NCBI RefSeq assembly: GCF_006345805.1
Contig: NW_021832206.1
Span: forward strand, 1 to 38,168
Length of the DNA: 38,168 nt
From: Octopus sinensis
Taxonomy: Eukaryota
Direction of reading: 5' to 3'
Shown: piece after piece, positions 35,820 to 38,168 of the stretch
How the letters are laid out: every line of letters begins with the position of its first letter
Position numbering within the stretch: position 1 is the stretch's first letter
The notes under the pieces: generated by a model
The model's database searches: none
Told to the model about the DNA's origin: nothing
The model's input: the letters and a program-made list of their open reading frames with translations, nothing else
Translations under genes and position numbers: made by a program

Positions 35820-37370
35820 CTGGACCGTCCTCTGCCGCCATGAGGATCGCTGGAAACTCACATGCCAGTCATATAGACCAAGCAGACTCCCTATCTTGAC
35901 CATCCACCCAATCACCGCCGCTGAGGTGACCTGGGCCATCCTCTCGGCGAGGGACAACGCACCGGGGCATGACATGCTACCAATGAAAATGTTCAAAGAA
36001 GGCCCTCCGGAACTGTCTGAGTTTTTGGCACGCCTCTTCTGGCTAGTCTTCGCTGGAGCCACGTTCCAAGTGCCTGGAAAGTCGCCGAAATCCGGATGAT
36101 CAAGAAACCTGCAAAACCAGCTAACCTGGCCAGCAGCTACCGACCCATAAGTCTAATACCAACGATCTCGAGGCTTATGGAAAAGATTATGACACCACGC
36201 CTCGACTCCTTCGCAGAGCAGAAAAAGCGTGCTTCTGCCCCAGCAGTGGGTTTCCGCTCAGGGCGCAGCTGCGCGATTGTTTTCTGATTCCAATCGATGG
36301 CTTTGAAAGCAATTGAGTTCAACGAAACTTTATCCTGCATCTGCCTTGACATTTCTAAGGCATTCGACAGCGTATCCCACTCTGACCTATTGGACGTGGT
36401 CGCGGATGTGAGCCAACGAGAGAGGCATTTCTCTGGCTGAACTGCTTTCTTTCAAACCGTATCTCCTTTGTGTCCCAGTCGGGCTTCCACTCCAGAGATA
36501 TTCATCTCCGAAGGGTTGTCCCGCAGGGATCCAGTCTCAGCCCGCCGCTGTTCAACCTTGTGATGAGCAGCTTTCCTTCCTTTCCCAATCCGCGGACAAC
36601 TTTTCTCTTGTATGCAGATGACGTCCTCATTATGGATATTTTCAAAAGCCCTGCACTCTCCGAGCACCGTCTCTCCAGCTACATCGGAATGATAGAGACC
36701 TGGTGTCAGGGTAAACAACTGTCCATTGCTATGGACAAGTCGGCGTACCTTGAAATTAACTCACGGCGCAAACCGAGGCAAGAACCTAGATTCTCAGAGG
36801 ACTTCCCCGCACAAGCCATATTCGCTATCTGGGCTTAACGGTAGACGCTAACTCGGAGTACTTTTCTGCACGTCACTCAGAAAGGAAAAAGGCCGTTGCG
36901 GCCCTCGCTTCCTGAGGGGTATGCATTTGGCCCCTGACACTTTGTCTGTTTGTCTTTCGCGCGACGATTCTCCCAAGTCTCTGTATGGGATGGAGGCGTG
37001 GCACTATTCAAACCAATTCGAAAAAAAATTTTAAAAAAGTATGAGAAGATCCGACGCTATGCGTTAAAGCTAGCGTACAGATTGGATCTACGCGCGCCGC
37101 TACCCAGCTGGGCAGAGGGAAATTTCCACTAATCAAGAATGTCATCTCGATTCCATCCGAATCTTCTCGTCGGAGGTCTCAGGTGTCCGATCTTTTTGTG
37201 GATCGTGTCCGAAACTCAATCAGAGAGTGACTCTAATCAAAGGCCGGCTCGTATCTCTCTTAGGACGAATCTCGGTAGAGCTCGACTGTCCTTGCAGTCG
37301 TCTCGTTTAACCTCGTCCAACCTTTCACTAGTCTCTGATTTGCTTACAATAAAACTTTCCATTCCATTCC
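35820..37370 (+). mobile_element. Family A, 5'-truncated insertion (RT, 3' UTR, TTCCA tail)
   Basis: Reverse complement of 18458-20022; about 16 nt of filler at the 5' junction. Confidence 0.92.
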
Positions 37371-37384
37371 GAACATACAAATTT

Positions 37385-38168
37385 GTTAATAATGGCACCT
37401 AAAGTTAGCACAAAAGGACAAAAAAGAGCTCCCATTAAAACAAAAATGTTTTCCGTCGCTACAAAGAGACAACTGTCTGCACTAAGAAGGCTATGTCGAA
37501 GTGGAGGCGTTCCCGCTTCGCACTCCCCGGAGGACAAGACGGTTCATTTGCCACTACGATGAACTGCCGGAGCCGTGGTTCACCGCCACGTGCTTCCGGC
37601 TATTCTAGTGGTGTTTTTAATTCTTTAGGTCAAAGCAGGAGGTCGAAGCCTGGACCCTCCCACGTGGGTTCAGCACTCACTGGAGACTCTTCTCCCTCTG
37701 CTCCCCCTTTGGCTGGTGTCGGGGAGCAGCAGCTGCAACAGGTACTAATTGTTTGGTAGCCACGACAACCGCACAGCATGCTGGTTCGCCACGTGTTTGC
37801 GGTTTGTCTAGTGGTGCCAAACCCAGCCAACTTAAGTCATTTAATGCTAACAGGGTGTCGTCTCCTGGCCCGCTCCGGTGGGTCCGGCAGGAAATAAGGT
37901 TTCACCCGAGGACGGTTGCACACGGTCGGGAAACCCAAACGTGTTGCCGGCCGTCCAACCCCCCCTATGTTTTAGGTACTGGGTGTGTGTCCGCTCAGGT
38001 GGATGCACACCAAAGAAGACCACTGGCGCGCCGGGTAGAATTACCTTTGGTGCTGTGGCACGACTTGAGGTCCTCCCTATTAGTGGGAAGGCCTCGGTCA
38101 TAAAAATTTGTGTGTCTTGGACTCTATCCAGCCCTCAAAGCTGTATAGAGTCCTGAAGAGGGAGCCCA
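37385..38168 (+). mobile_element. Family C variant 5' end with an alternative MAPKV...QLSALRRLCRSGG N-terminus (runs off the window)
   Basis: ATG at 37392; joins family C sequence at about 37645 ([16 protein letters not shown]); about 190 bp extra at 37695-37884. Confidence 0.82.

Overview
AT-rich eukaryotic DNA (divergent histones, 27-29 bp introns), almost entirely a nested head-to-tail array of three non-LTR retrotransposon families, here called A, B and C. Each has a gag-like CCHC ORF1 and an APE+RT ORF2, and ends in a short-repeat tail rather than poly(A). They are interleaved with histone genes and fragments (H2A, H3, H4) and degenerate Tc1 (DD34E) copies. Main observation: the retroelements appear to be histone-locus specialists that have also captured histone sequence. 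(i) 7 of 10 element 3' ends lie 8-63 nt upstream of a histone or histone-derived ATG, in the same orientation. (ii) Family C ORF1 starts with the first 53 codons of histone H4, fused in frame, and this H4 piece occurs with two different 5' flanks. (iii) Family A ORF1 and a second C variant start with a nucleotide-level H3-tail/H4-helix-1 mosaic. (iv) The family A 3' terminus resembles H3 coding sequence. There is also a satellite-bearing non-autonomous derivative of A. Many homopolymer indels differ between near-identical copies (probably read errors), and some microhomology junctions could be amplification or assembly chimeras. Coordinates of degenerate boundaries are approximate. Novelty cannot be confirmed without database searches.
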